32,000 nt of DNA, from contig MTSL01000219.1 in the NCBI GenBank assembly GCA_002794465.1, positions 95,322 through 127,321 on the forward strand. The letters run 5' to 3'. This DNA comes from Paramicrosporidium saccamoebae KSL3. Lineage: Eukaryota > Fungi > Cryptomycota. Below are positions 18,773-29,610 of the stretch, in pieces; position 1 is the first letter of the stretch, and every line of letters begins with the position of its first letter. The notes under the pieces are model-generated. The model did no database searches. It saw nothing but the letters and a program-made list of their open reading frames with translations, and was not told the DNA's origin. The position numbers were made by a program, and so were the translations under genes.

Positions 18773-20596
18773 TTACATTGTCCCTTCCGTTGTGATCCTA
18801 TGCGAAAAAGCCTGGTGGACTGAATGACTGTGCAGCTTTTCAGTGTCCAGGTCAATAGCAAAACACACAAAGCTCGCATCCATCGTATCACTAAAGATTC
18901 CTGTGAAGAATCGCAGCACATACCAAGTCAGCAGGGAGAAGAGCATGGCAGCATTGAATCCGTATTGGGACTGCAGTCCATGTGCAACGAAAATGTAACT
19001 GAACAGTCCAGTGATCGCCGCCACTGCCGTAGTGGAAATGGTAAACAATAGCACCGCCAGGGCGTCCGTTGTAAAGGACAACAACATGTTCCGTCGGAAT
19101 ACCTTGAACAGTGTCCTGCCAGCAGACCAGAATCCTTCGCCGGTCAAGGCCACCGTGTACAGTGCCAGATCTGACAAATGCTCCACAAGGCGTTCGACAA
19201 ATCCAAAGAACAGGGTGACACTTCTCAGAACAGTGGAGACTACGCCGCTATCAAATCTGGAGGCGACATAGTGGTAGAATTGGAAGAATAATCTCGCCAT
19301 ACGCACCATGCTAAGGATAAGCGAGGCAATACAAATCTGTCCAAAGAATGTCGTCATGGCTGCATGGAGAGACGACCACACTGAACTAGTTTGTTCCAAC
19401 TCGTCGGGATCGGCGCGGAAAAAGTACCATCGGCCAACTACTCCGCCAATCAAACACTTTTGCACTCCTGAAAAGATGAGCGATGTCCAGACCAGCATGA
19501 AAACGAGGTAGGCCTGCAGGTAGTATGAGAATCTGGAGAGGTGCCAGACGTGATGAGAGGGGTCCACATAGCCCAGCATCAGTGTGTGCACGTAGAACAG
19601 CAGCCAAACGGCAATGAAACACAAGTATGAGACAAATAGTACAAAAGAAGCCACATAAATGCCCGGATTGGAACTCAGCACTTCAGAAGTCATTTTGATA
19701 ATTTCAACTGTATGGCGGACATTTTTGCGATTTGCAACTATAAACATTCCAGAAAGTGCAGCAGCACTCAGTCCGGCCACCGCCGCCAAAAGCAGCCAGA
19801 AACCACCACCCACATCAGCGTGCAGAAATTCAAGTAGGGCCCACCCGCCAGCAGCCAAGGCAGAGAGGGGCGCAAAATACAACATCATTGTGACAATTTC
19901 GGTCGTAAACCAGCGCAATAACAGCGCCCACAACACTGAAACGACACTCCCCACACCGATGGCCGAGACCAAGATCCAACTGGAATCTACAATGGCCCTA
20001 AACATGCTGCTCCCTCGGATAATGTGATCCCTCAATTCGGTCGGATAAACAAAACATAGAAGCAGTCCCGTCGCCATCATTATTGCAAACATTATCCAAA
20101 ACACCATTGCCGCCACTCCGTCCTTCCGACTTACCGGCCCATTCAACGCCGGAAAGAGAGCTGCCTTTCTGCTCGTTGGTAATAGCTCCTCTAACAACGG
20201 CTCCCGAAGTAGCCGTCGTCCAGTGAATTCTTTGCGACGGCCTCGCATGTACGGGTCAATGTCTACCTCGGAGAGCCATTTCTTGGGGAGGGCGGACTGG
20301 GCACGCAGGTGGCCCATGTAGCTCGAATGCGCTGACGTAGTCAACGAGTCGTCATCAAGAAATGTCGTTTCGGTTTCTGAAAGCGGGAGGGATGGCGTGT
20401 TGGCGTTGAATGAGAGATAGCCATGTACGGCGGGGAGTATTGAAGGTCCGGCAGAGTCGTCTTGCCACGGCGAGGGTTCCTCTGGTATTCCTGCGATAGG
20501 CTCAATCAAGTGGGAATGCTCAGTGGCGTCATAGTAGACTGAGTTTTGCGCAGATGGGTTTGTTTCTCCCTCTCTCCGCTTCTCCCCTCCTGCCAT
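18773..20596 (-). CDS. Choline transporter-like (CTL/SLC44) multi-pass membrane protein, 607 aa
   Basis: About 10 hydrophobic helices. GGVVGRWYF, FGQICIASLI, TGEGFWSAGR and DTMDASFVCFAID are typical of the plasma-membrane choline transporter family. Confidence 0.85.
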   Translation of the reverse strand: MAGGEKRREGETNPSAQNSVYYDATEHSHLIEPIAGIPEEPSPWQDDSAGPSILPAVHGYLSFNANTPSLPLSETETTFLDDDSLTTSAHSSYMGHLRAQSALPKKWLSEVDIDPYMRGRRKEFTGRRLLREPLLEELLPTSRKAALFPALNGPVSRKDGVAAMVFWIMFAIMMATGLLLCFVYPTELRDHIIRGSSMFRAIVDSSWILVSAIGVGSVVSVLWALLLRWFTTEIVTMMLYFAPLSALAAGGWALLEFLHADVGGGFWLLLAAVAGLSAAALSGMFIVANRKNVRHTVEIIKMTSEVLSSNPGIYVASFVLFVSYLCFIAVWLLFYVHTLMLGYVDPSHHVWHLSRFSYYLQAYLVFMLVWTSLIFSGVQKCLIGGVVGRWYFFRADPDELEQTSSVWSSLHAAMTTFFGQICIASLILSMVRMARLFFQFYHYVASRFDSGVVSTVLRSVTLFFGFVERLVEHLSDLALYTVALTGEGFWSAGRTLFKVFRRNMLLSFTTDALAVLLFTISTTAVAAITGLFSYIFVAHGLQSQYGFNAAMLFSLLTWYVLRFFTGIFSDTMDASFVCFAIDLDTEKLHSHSVHQAFSHRITTEGTM

Positions 20597-20648
20597 TACC
20601 CGAATCCACCAACCAATTCCAGTCTATATGCCATGCGTGTCCAGCCAA

Positions 20649-20683
20649 TCAACTACCAACTCTTAGCTACTAGTTATCAACTA
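20649..20683. repeat. Short degenerate 7-bp repeat in the CTL/ZFAND spacer
   Basis: tcaacta ccaactc ttagcta ctagtta tcaacta. Confidence 0.5.
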
Positions 20684-20790
20684 TCACAACCATCAACGCC
20701 ACCTTCAACCAATCCTAAGGACAAGCAGTTTATTAGTGCTAAGCAGAGAAAGTGAGTAATTACAGTAGATGTATACAGGACTAGTAGGTG

Positions 20791-21978
20791 CTAGAACTTT
20801 TCCAGTTGCGATTTGAACACCTTTGGGTTACTCTCTTGCAAGCGGGCCCTATCGTGGCTCTGATAGTCAAATTTACATCCATGTTGGTCTCCATATCGAT
20901 GTGTCTGGCAATATGTCCCTTCACAACGGCATTTGAATTGCAAAGCGAGTCTGCATTTTCTCCCACATTGTCCACATCGACCCGGAGCCTTGCTTTCTTC
21001 AGCCACAACGACCGTAGCTACGGGTGCTGCCTTTACGGGTGACTCTGGGTCACTGCAGATTTGCAATGATGAGAGGTTACCAAGAGAACGTAGGGGTTCC
21101 TCACTGCTCTCCTCTGTCTCGGCCAGGTCCTCTACTGAGCGTCCTCGTAGATACGAGTCGAGTACAGGAAATGGCAAGTTTGCTGTGGCTACGGAAGGTG
21201 GCAGGGCAATCCTGACCCGGAACTTTCCAGCCGCATTTTCCTCGTCAGAGTCTGAATTCTCCAGCCCGGCTCCCTGTACAACATCATATACAAGGTACTC
21301 TTCTTCATCTACATCCTCAAATCCCAACATGTTCAGCTGTGAAATGCCCGTCGCAGCCTTGACGGTCAGGTTGAGTGTACACTGAAGAGGAATGGGCAGC
21401 TCGTCCAGAAACTTTTCCTCCTCCTCAAACGGAATGGCAAGTCTAGAGTGACTCAACAATTGCATTTCAGGAACCATTCCAATTTTTGCAAAGATGGCGT
21501 CCTTCAAGTCAAAGATGCTAGAGTCCGAAGTCATTCGTATCTCAAAAGGAGCACCCATAAGAGGCTTGATAGTGAAGACATAGTCTTTGGGGGTTGCTTC
21601 GGTGGGGAAAATGCGAGCAATCGGCGCCGACTTGGGAACCGGCACGGCAACTGGTGCTACAGGCCGAGTCTCTACTAATTCCTTAACCGTGATAAGCTCT
21701 TCAGCCACCGTTGGCAGCTCCTCGACTCTCAGTCCAGTCACAGCCCCCGGTGTTTCCTCTCGCGAGCAAGACTTGTTATCCTCAGTCCTCAACAACTTTC
21801 TTTTTACAAGCTCGCCCTCCAGGCCCTCAACCTGCTTCCGCTTCACCCCAAGGACCTTTCTGTTCACTCGTGCTGGGTCCAGTACCGGAATGTCATGCGT
21901 TTCATCAAAAACAGACGCCGTGTCAGAGTCCTCCACGTTTGGAACGGGCGCTGGTCGGCTCTTCTTACGGAGAGTCAT
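20791..21978 (-). CDS. Ubiquitin-like domain plus C-terminal AN1 zinc finger protein (ZFAND4/ANUBL1-like architecture), 395 aa
   Basis: AN1 finger RCGQCGRKCRLALQFKCRCEGTYCQTHRYGDQHGCKFDY. UBL-like FTIKPLMGAPFEIRMTSDSSIFDLKDAIFAKIG. First in-frame ATG at 21978. Confidence 0.82.
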   Translation of the reverse strand: MTLRKKSRPAPVPNVEDSDTASVFDETHDIPVLDPARVNRKVLGVKRKQVEGLEGELVKRKLLRTEDNKSCSREETPGAVTGLRVEELPTVAEELITVKELVETRPVAPVAVPVPKSAPIARIFPTEATPKDYVFTIKPLMGAPFEIRMTSDSSIFDLKDAIFAKIGMVPEMQLLSHSRLAIPFEEEEKFLDELPIPLQCTLNLTVKAATGISQLNMLGFEDVDEEEYLVYDVVQGAGLENSDSDEENAAGKFRVRIALPPSVATANLPFPVLDSYLRGRSVEDLAETEESSEEPLRSLGNLSSLQICSDPESPVKAAPVATVVVAEESKAPGRCGQCGRKCRLALQFKCRCEGTYCQTHRYGDQHGCKFDYQSHDRARLQESNPKVFKSQLEKF

Positions 21979-22432
21979 CAAACGGAAATGTATTTTCGTT
22001 TCAGGGGATGGAGAGATGAGGCTGCGGTTGTTGACCAGGCTGGCCAATAAAAGGTGTCCAGGCCCGGACGGAAGGCTGATTTTAGTTGGTTCGACACATG
22101 TGAACACTTAGGTATGGTATAATGTGAATGGCGTGGGAGAAGAGTAGTTTTCATCAACGTGTGATGGTATAGGCCCTGTAGTAGCCACTGATTTTTCAAA
22201 TAATAGAGGTATTAACTGATCCTTTGCCGAGAAGGAACGTGATTGCCATCACTCAATTTGGGAATTATTCATATCCTATTTATGAGGCTACAAAATGATA
22301 ATGGCAGAGTGTAGCTGTGGTAATCCCATCACATAACGGGTGTAAAACGACTCGGGTCATTCACTACACGGGCTAATTCGACGTTTCTCTAGTAAGACAC
22401 TCTGTTCACTTGATGCATTTTATGGTACATAA

Positions 22433-24809
22433 TTAGCCTATTGGGAGAATTTCCAGAGGAGGGAATATTAACTTTAATCCACGCAGGATGAGTGTTGGGA
22501 TTCTGGCCACAAATATAATGGACACGGCACCAAGCAGGGCTCCCACCGCTAGGAATTGCCGATTGTTCTGAATGGAAATAAAGTGGCTCCTAGACGATCA
22601 GAACATGGGCGATTTTTACCGAGACTTTACACAGGCATGATCGTAGCAAGTCGATGCGGGTTCGGCAACAAAGCTTGTGTCTAAAATTGGTAGGAACAGA
22701 CTATCAATCTTTTTTGCCAAGGCAGCTACTCTGAATGGTTGTGACACATTCTAGACATTAATACCCACACTGACTATACCGTATGCATTGCCGCTGATTG
22801 CACCTTTCCAGCCGCGACATGTTGGGCCTGACAACTCTTCAACAGCCCATCAGTTGTCCTGGCCACTGTTTTTGTCAGTCCATGGACGCGTCTAAGCAGC
22901 ACTAATATCAGCTTCATATGCCCTCTCCACACTATAATCAGTCCCATGTAGTTGCTATCCAGCTCCTTGAGGGTCTTTAGGATGCCTTTTGCCCAGCTGA
23001 TTAGCTTTGGGACCCTAACAAGTACTTCACGCCACGGGGCAGGGAATTCGAGCTTTGCCTCGTTGGAACACTCGGACGCATGATCTTGAAATGTTTTCAG
23101 TAGGATCCGAAGCTTTTTCCCATGTGTAGCAACATTTTGTAGGGCTTTGGCATGTCCTGTGGCATAAAGCTGTCCAACGTCCGACTGCGGAATCGGCAAT
23201 TCCTCGCCGCTCTTCATTTTGAGCTTCAACATGTCCTTTTCAATGCAAACATTGCCTTTGAATAGTTTTCGACTCTCACCAAACACATGATACAGAGTGG
23301 CAACCATATTTTCGTTTCTCTTGCTAGCCCTCAGCAGATTGCTAATATGACGAGTGGTTATTTTGGTACTTGCAATCTGCAGCAGTTCCATTTCGTTCTT
23401 GCTCTCCTTGTCTTTAATTGCAGCACAGGCAGTCAACAAGTCTTCTGCATAACCTTTGGAGTACTCACTTGCAGCCATTGAAAATACTAGAAGGAACCCA
23501 AACATAAAAATGGATCTAAGTACGTCAGAAAACATGAAAGATTTTTTACAGGGCGCCAACGATGGGATGTCCGATCTGTCTCATGGTGATTGCAAAGATT
23601 GCGGCAAAGACGGAAAGTACTCCGCCAAAGATTTCTTTATATGCAGTCATTTTAAGCTGACTGGCCTGTTTCCTAGCTGCGCCGGCCGTTTCCTCCTTTA
23701 GCTTTAGCATGGATCCCTCGAATTGAATCAAGTCAAATTCCGGGAGCATTCCTTGACTCCCCTCTTTTGCCACTAAACCAATCATTAGTCAGCTACCATC
23801 AGTATACAGCTCTGGACAATGTCCATGTCGATGGCTGATTTAAGTTTCTCCTTGTCAACGTTCTTCTCGGGAAGAAACTTTACAGCTTTCCTTATATACT
23901 TGTCCAATTGATCACAACCAGCCACCAAAGAGCTATTCATCTTTTTCCAGTATGCACCAAACGCGGCATACACATTGACCAATCTTTGCAACGAAATATC
24001 TTTCCTCTTATGTACCTGCGCGCCTTGGGCATCCATCTGTATCCGGAATTGCAAATCATTCATTGTTGCAGCCAAATCTTTGTACTTGGAGTTGACTCGA
24101 GAGAGCTTGGAGGTAAGAGCTGTGGTGTTGTATAGATGGGTAGAGTAGTGATGGGCAGCAGAGACACCTTCTTTACCTAACAAATCCATGTAGCTCTCCA
24201 ATAAAGAGTCATTGATTGAATGCAGTGCGCTGTGGATACCACGACCACGAGTCTCGATTGAATTGACAAGCGAGTCGAGCTGCAAGGCCACCTCATCAAA
24301 GTTGATCCCGAGAGCTGTGCAATCTACGTGAATCTTGATTGAGTAGAGACTATAAAATCCAGCAAATAACAAAAAGTGTACCAAATTATGCCTGATGCAA
24401 CTATGAGAACAGCAGAGGAAATCACAGTAAATATTGAAGCCTTTTCTCTTCCTTTACTCTTGTCACTTCCAAACTTGATACCCCAAGTGGATGGTTTCAA
24501 AAGGTACCTCAGACTATAGAAAAGCCCAAAACACACCAGAATCGCTCCAACTGTGACTAATATTGTCTTGCCCTATAATAGTGAACAAAAATAGGGTTGT
24601 GATACGGGATTCAAAGCAATCCATCCAAGTAGTCTGTACAAGATGCGCAGTACCTTCCACATGATGGCTATCTGTGGCTTCAGCCAGCGCCTATATAGAT
24701 TGTGGCTACTTTGTGGCTGCCTCTCCATATTGTCTTCAGCGATCTTTATCATGAAGTATGGTACTTTCCGCCATAGATTTCTCCAAGCGGAACTATTTTT
24801 GCAAAGCAT
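22433..24809 (-). CDS. Hidden 7-exon, ~727-aa five-TM membrane protein of unknown family; exons 24809..24606, 24572..24382, 24349..23808, 23772..23550, 23515..22780, 22750..22620 and 22589..22433
   Basis: Six GT..TAG introns of 33, 32, 35, 34, 29 and 30 nt, each with the exact phase needed, fuse five track ORFs and two uncalled exons into one 2184-nt frame. The 5' and 3' ends are less certain. Confidence 0.75.
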
Positions 24810-25277
24810 ACACTGGCCTGTACATGACGTTATAAGATAGTGGAATGACCAACTGAGTATTTGTTATTATGCATGTAACGAAATGTGAAAGGAAGAGTCG
24901 GAGATGGGCAACTGAAAGCTTGTCATTTTACCCATGTACCTATGGTTTTGTATCTTCCTCACTACGCGGCAACACTCCCAACTCCCGCCACGCAATAATG
25001 CGAGGCTCTAATCCACAGAAATATCATTATTTCGCCGAACACTGAAAAATTGCTTGGATCCAAAAATCTGTCGGCTTTTACAAACGGTCACTATCAAGGC
25101 CAGTATCAGCTTTTCCAACAGACAAAGGGCAGGCGTTTCGATTAATTTACATGCATTTGCTATTCACCCACATGCAAACCTCTGGACCAGGGATAAAGGA
25201 TTTTTCTATAAACCTCAATCTGTTGCTTATTACAAATCCATCGATTCTTTACAACTGCTCGGCCAGGGCAATAGCCC

Positions 25278-26044
25278 ATGCCGGGTTCCTGTGCTTTGTG
25301 TCGCAGATTCCAAGCTTACTGCGATGGTAAACATCCCTGTAGTCGTTGCATCAAGCATAAACAGACTGAAGAGTGCAGATACGGGCCGATATCCCGCGCA
25401 AACTCCCTGGGCAAGCTCGACTATATTATTACCGCGTGCGAGGAGCGTGAGTATGACTGCGATGCGTCGCTTGCTTATATCCACGAGTATCATAGGAAAA
25501 AGTAGCACAGGTTGAGCGTTCGAATAATGGTAGGTTTTCAGAGCCCAGTATCCAACGCATCTCCGAGGCCATTTATTCCTACATGCCACGCTGTTTGGCG
25601 ATCAAAGATATGATGGGAGAGGAAGGACATGCACAAAGCGAAGGCTTTCTTCAGACTTCTCTTATGGTAGGACGAAGTTTCGGCAAACTAGACAGATAGG
25701 AATACGAGCGGACGATGGCACATTCTAGCGTGCCCTCCTGTGTCATGAGACGTTCTGGAGAGATCTTGAAATGCAACCGAACCTTTCTCCACTTGGTTGG
25801 CCTCACCACAGATAAACTGTTGGACCTGAGGTTCTTTGAGCTGCTCTCCGAGGAGGCCTGCGTTAATTTTTGGGAGCGCATTATTCCATTGTATAGGAAT
25901 ACTGCTGCGGGGGCTCTAGTTACAACGTTAATGTTTCGACGCAACTTGGGAGACCAGGAGATTGAGTGCCTAACTTCCATGTCTGTCAAGCATGATTTTT
26001 ATGAAATGCCAGTGATGGTGGTTGCCACATTCATACCAGTGTAA
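25278..26044 (+). CDS. Zn(II)2Cys6 transcription factor with C-terminal PAS fold (Ert1/AcuK-Rds2-Gsm1 family); exons 25278..25501, 25534..25666 and 25700..26044 (233 aa)
   Basis: CALCRRFQAYCDGKHPCSRCIKHKQTEEC cluster. LQTSLM-EYERTM and PSCVMRRSGEILKCN...VKHDFYEMPVMVVATFIP resemble the Ert1/AcuK C-terminus. Introns 25502..25533 (32 nt) and 25667..25699 (33 nt). An upstream exon is not excluded. Confidence 0.85.
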
Positions 26045-26469
26045 ACTATTATTGTATGCCCGAGTTTGTAATAGGGGCTCTATTAAACAGCGATTTGCGT
26101 TTAAGAGATGATAGTCTCTATTTAGAGCGTGTTAAAGTGAAAGTATAAAGTAGTGAAATGACAGACGATCTTGAACAATAACAGCTCTCGTTAGCGGGTT
26201 CGATAGTAGTTCCATACGTAGGTAGAAGAGTCCCTACGTTACAGACGGTATCTGCTTATTATTGGTCCCAACTCGGTTATCTATCCTACAATCTGGTACG
26301 TTGAGTTGAGTGTGATAGTCCATGTCGATGTCTAGTATATTTCAATGTGTATGTATTATATAACTTGATAAAGAAATATTCTTGCGCACTACAAACTCTT
26401 TACTTGGGTCCGTATATAAGATATGATTTGCTTTCCACACCAGGTACATTTTCTCCATCAACGCAACGT

Positions 26470-27690
26470 TTATACCAAATCGGCCACATTCACGGGCATT
26501 TCGTCAATTTGTGTTGCATAGTATTGCTCAATGTCTCGTAATACATGGACGTCATCCTTGGTTACAAAATTGATGGCAATACCCTTCCGTCCGAACCGAC
26601 CAGAGCGACCGATTCTGTGCAAGTAATTCTCTCTGTTAAATGGCAAATCGTAGTTGAACACGACAGACACCTGCTGCACGTCGATACCTCGGGCCCAGAC
26701 ATCCGTCGTAATGAGCACTCGACTTACTCCTCGACGGAATTCCTGCATGATGGCATCGCGCTCCTTCTGGGGCATCTCGCCGTGCATTGCCGACACTGTA
26801 AAATTTGCCTGCCGCATTTTGTCAGTCAACCAGTCTACTTTGCGTTTCGTGTTGCAAAAAATCACCGACTGAGCAATTGTAATAGTGTCGTAGAGATCAC
26901 AGAGCGTGTCAAATTTCCATTCTTCGCGTTCAACGTCCACAAAGAACTGCTTAATTCCCTCCAAGGTAAGCTCATCACGCTTCACCAGCACCTGGACCGG
27001 CTCTACCATAAATTTGCTGGTTATATCGAGCACTTCCTGTGGCAGGGTGGCAGAGACAATGACAATCTGAGTCTTAGGGGGGAGATATCGGTAAATATCG
27101 TAAATCTGTTCCTTGAACCCGCGACTCAGCATTTCATCAGCCTCGTCCAGCACCAGCATTTTGATGTTTTCAGTACGGAGATTACGGCGACGAATCATGT
27201 CAAAGACACGACCTGGAGTGCCTACTACGACATGCTGTCCATAGTCTAATTTCTTTACATCTTCTCCAACCTTGGTTCCTCCAATACAGGCATGCGCCTG
27301 GACATTCATATAGTCGCCCAGTGCCAGCACAACACTCTGTGTCTGTTGGGCAAGCTCGCGGGTGGGTGCAAGAATGAGAGCCTGTGTTTCCCTCAGTCCA
27401 ATGTCGACACGTTGCAGGACACCAATGCTAAATGTGGCCGTCTTACCTGTACCCGACTGTGCCTGTGCAATAACGTCGCGTCCTCGAATGATAGGGACGA
27501 TGGCACGTTGCTGGATAGCAGAGGGTCGCTCAAACCCATATCCGTAGACACCCCTCAGCAGATCTTCCTTGAGAGCGAGTGCATCAAACGTGGGATACAC
27601 TTCAATCTTTTCACTGGTGCTGAAGCTCATTTTATCCTGGCTGGCATGGTCAATACCGCCTCCCGCCGGGCGTCTACGTACATCCTCCAT
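26470..27690 (-). CDS. FAL1: DEAD-box helicase eIF4AIII (exon junction complex core), 406 aa
   Basis: [27 protein letters not shown]. eIF4AIII-type GGID...[21 protein letters not shown] and [15 protein letters not shown]. Confidence 0.93.
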   Translation of the reverse strand: MEDVRRRPAGGGIDHASQDKMSFSTSEKIEVYPTFDALALKEDLLRGVYGYGFERPSAIQQRAIVPIIRGRDVIAQAQSGTGKTATFSIGVLQRVDIGLRETQALILAPTRELAQQTQSVVLALGDYMNVQAHACIGGTKVGEDVKKLDYGQHVVVGTPGRVFDMIRRRNLRTENIKMLVLDEADEMLSRGFKEQIYDIYRYLPPKTQIVIVSATLPQEVLDITSKFMVEPVQVLVKRDELTLEGIKQFFVDVEREEWKFDTLCDLYDTITIAQSVIFCNTKRKVDWLTDKMRQANFTVSAMHGEMPQKERDAIMQEFRRGVSRVLITTDVWARGIDVQQVSVVFNYDLPFNRENYLHRIGRSGRFGRKGIAINFVTKDDVHVLRDIEQYYATQIDEMPVNVADLV

Positions 27691-27732
27691 GTATCGCTGA
27701 GTATCTCAGTATTCAGAGACCCTGGTCCTATA

Positions 27733-29213
27733 ATGGACGGGATTTTGGATGTGCAAAGGAGGGAACACGAAGAAGTAGACAGATTGGAGCAGCGGATAGT
27801 GCAGGAACTGATAGACGCAGAATCGACACAAAAGGGACGGCTTATGCAGGAGAGGATGGCCAACGCCTTATTTGACCAAATGCAACGGACGGCTTTGCAC
27901 CTAGGCTCGCTATACGAGGATGTCGAGGGAGAGCGACAGAGGGAAATAGAGTCCATCACCATTACAAACAACGAGTTTGGTGATTTTTACACGCGCTTGA
28001 AAGAGCTAAAGGATGTCCACCGTCGCTTCCCAAGCAACCAGCCCATCGACGATTCTGAATTCGAATCGTTGGTCAATTCATGTCGTGTCACTGAAGAAGC
28101 CTTTGAGGCTTTGTTTTCGGGCGAGGAGATGCATGGGAGATATCTCGACCTGGTGCTTCCATATCAGCGATACGTCAACCTAAAGAATGTCCGCAAACTG
28201 GACTATCTGCAATACTTGGAAGAGTTTGATAACTTTGAAGCCATTCCCATGGCCACGAAAATGGCACATGGATATTCCCGGTATTTGGAAGAGCTAGAGG
28301 CCTATTTTTCTCGCTATTTCCAACTGTCCAAGCCATTATTTAATTTTGATTCAGCCAAGAAGACGCAGCAGCAGGAATTTGAGCGTCTCTGGAAAGAGGC
28401 CAAATTGGTGGGGTGGGAAGAGGCTGCCCAGAAAGAAAGTCTCAACACGGAAAAGCTATATTGTGGTCCTTGCGACAAGGTCTTTACCAACAAATCTGTC
28501 TACCAGGCCCATCTCGGCGGGAAGAAGCACTTAAAGGCCGCTGAATCTCATAACGGGGCCAATATCGAAAGGAATGAACAAGCAAGCGTTGAGGGTAATG
28601 AAAGAATGAGCAATTGTAAATCAATGGCGCTGAATGAATTTTTAATCACCAAGTACGCAGAGATTTTGGGAAATGTGCGTGCAGAGACCCGGATGAATGT
28701 GGAACGCAAGCAATCACGAACCCTTGAGGAACGGGAAGAGGACATTCTTGTAGAGGAGACGGCGCCCATCCTGTCAGAAGACGAGGAAGATGATGACGGT
28801 CGAATATACAATCCATTGAATATTCCGTTAGACTGGGATGGCAAGCCCATCCCGTACTGGCTATGGAAGTTGCATGGACTTGGTGTCCGCTTCTCCTGCG
28901 AAATTTGTGGAAATCACGACTACATGGGCCGCAAGGCCTTTGACCAGCACTTTTTTGAATGGCGTCATAGTAATGGCATGAAGGCGCTCGGCATTCCAAA
29001 TACCAAGCATTTTTTCCAAATCACCCAAGTCGAAGAGGCCCAAGCCTGTAATCCCTCTTGCAGTTGCTAATATTTTTAGTGTGGGACAAGTTGAAGCAGA
29101 CGTCGAGAATGGAAAATTTTCGTCCCGAGGCCATGGAAGAATTTGAGGACCATCTCGGCAATGTCTATAATCGAAAGACGTACGAAGATCTTCGCCGTCA
29201 GGGTCTAATCTAG
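27733..29213 (+). CDS. PRP9: U2 snRNP SF3a subunit Prp9/SF3A3; exons 27733..29047 and 29080..29213 (482 aa)
   Basis: YNPLNIPLDWDGKPIPYWLWKLHGLG and CEICGN...FDQHFFEWRH. A 32-nt intron at 29048..29079 (GTAATC...GCTAAT ATTTTTAG) restores the conserved end EEFEDHLGNVYNRKTYEDLRRQGLI. Confidence 0.95.
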
Positions 29214-29218
29214 AACCT

Positions 29219-29257
29219 GTGCGAGTGCGAGTGTGAGACGGAGACGGAGACTACGAG
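29219..29257. repeat. Degenerate hexamer run directly after the PRP9 stop
   Basis: gtgcga gtgcga gtgtga gacgga gacgga gactac gag. Confidence 0.65.
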
Positions 29258-29610
29258 TAAAGATCTTATTAGGGTTGGGGATATTAGTAAGGGTTTTTGG
29301 TCCACTCTGTGCCAACTTTTAAAGTTTCAAAGATTGTCTCGTCTCGGTAATGTTAATAACAATAAGTATAATGTTTGAGTAAAGGATTGACACTTATATT
29401 TGGCGCTGCACATGATATAGGGATGACTGCATTATCCCCTGTACAATCTTTTATAGCCCTCCAGATTTGGTCATTTTACAAATTACCACCGGCCCGACCC
29501 GACCCTCACACATGCCATCGGTTTTTACATTCCCAACAAACGCACCAATTCGCTACTTCAGAGTCCCTGGCCCTTTATATGCTACTTTACAATATCATTT
29601 TCCCAATTTG

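Noticed and set aside
24980-25060. Weak resemblance to the U4 snRNA 5' stem-loop
   Set aside because: No K-turn GA pairs, no U6-complementary 5' end and no Sm site on that strand.
26196-26203. GGGTTCGA as a tRNA T-loop
   Set aside because: Flanks do not form a T-stem and I could not build a cloverleaf.
27292-27732. N-terminal 147 codons of the 592-aa ORF
   Set aside because: Antisense to eIF4AIII. Prp9 similarity starts at ATG 27733.
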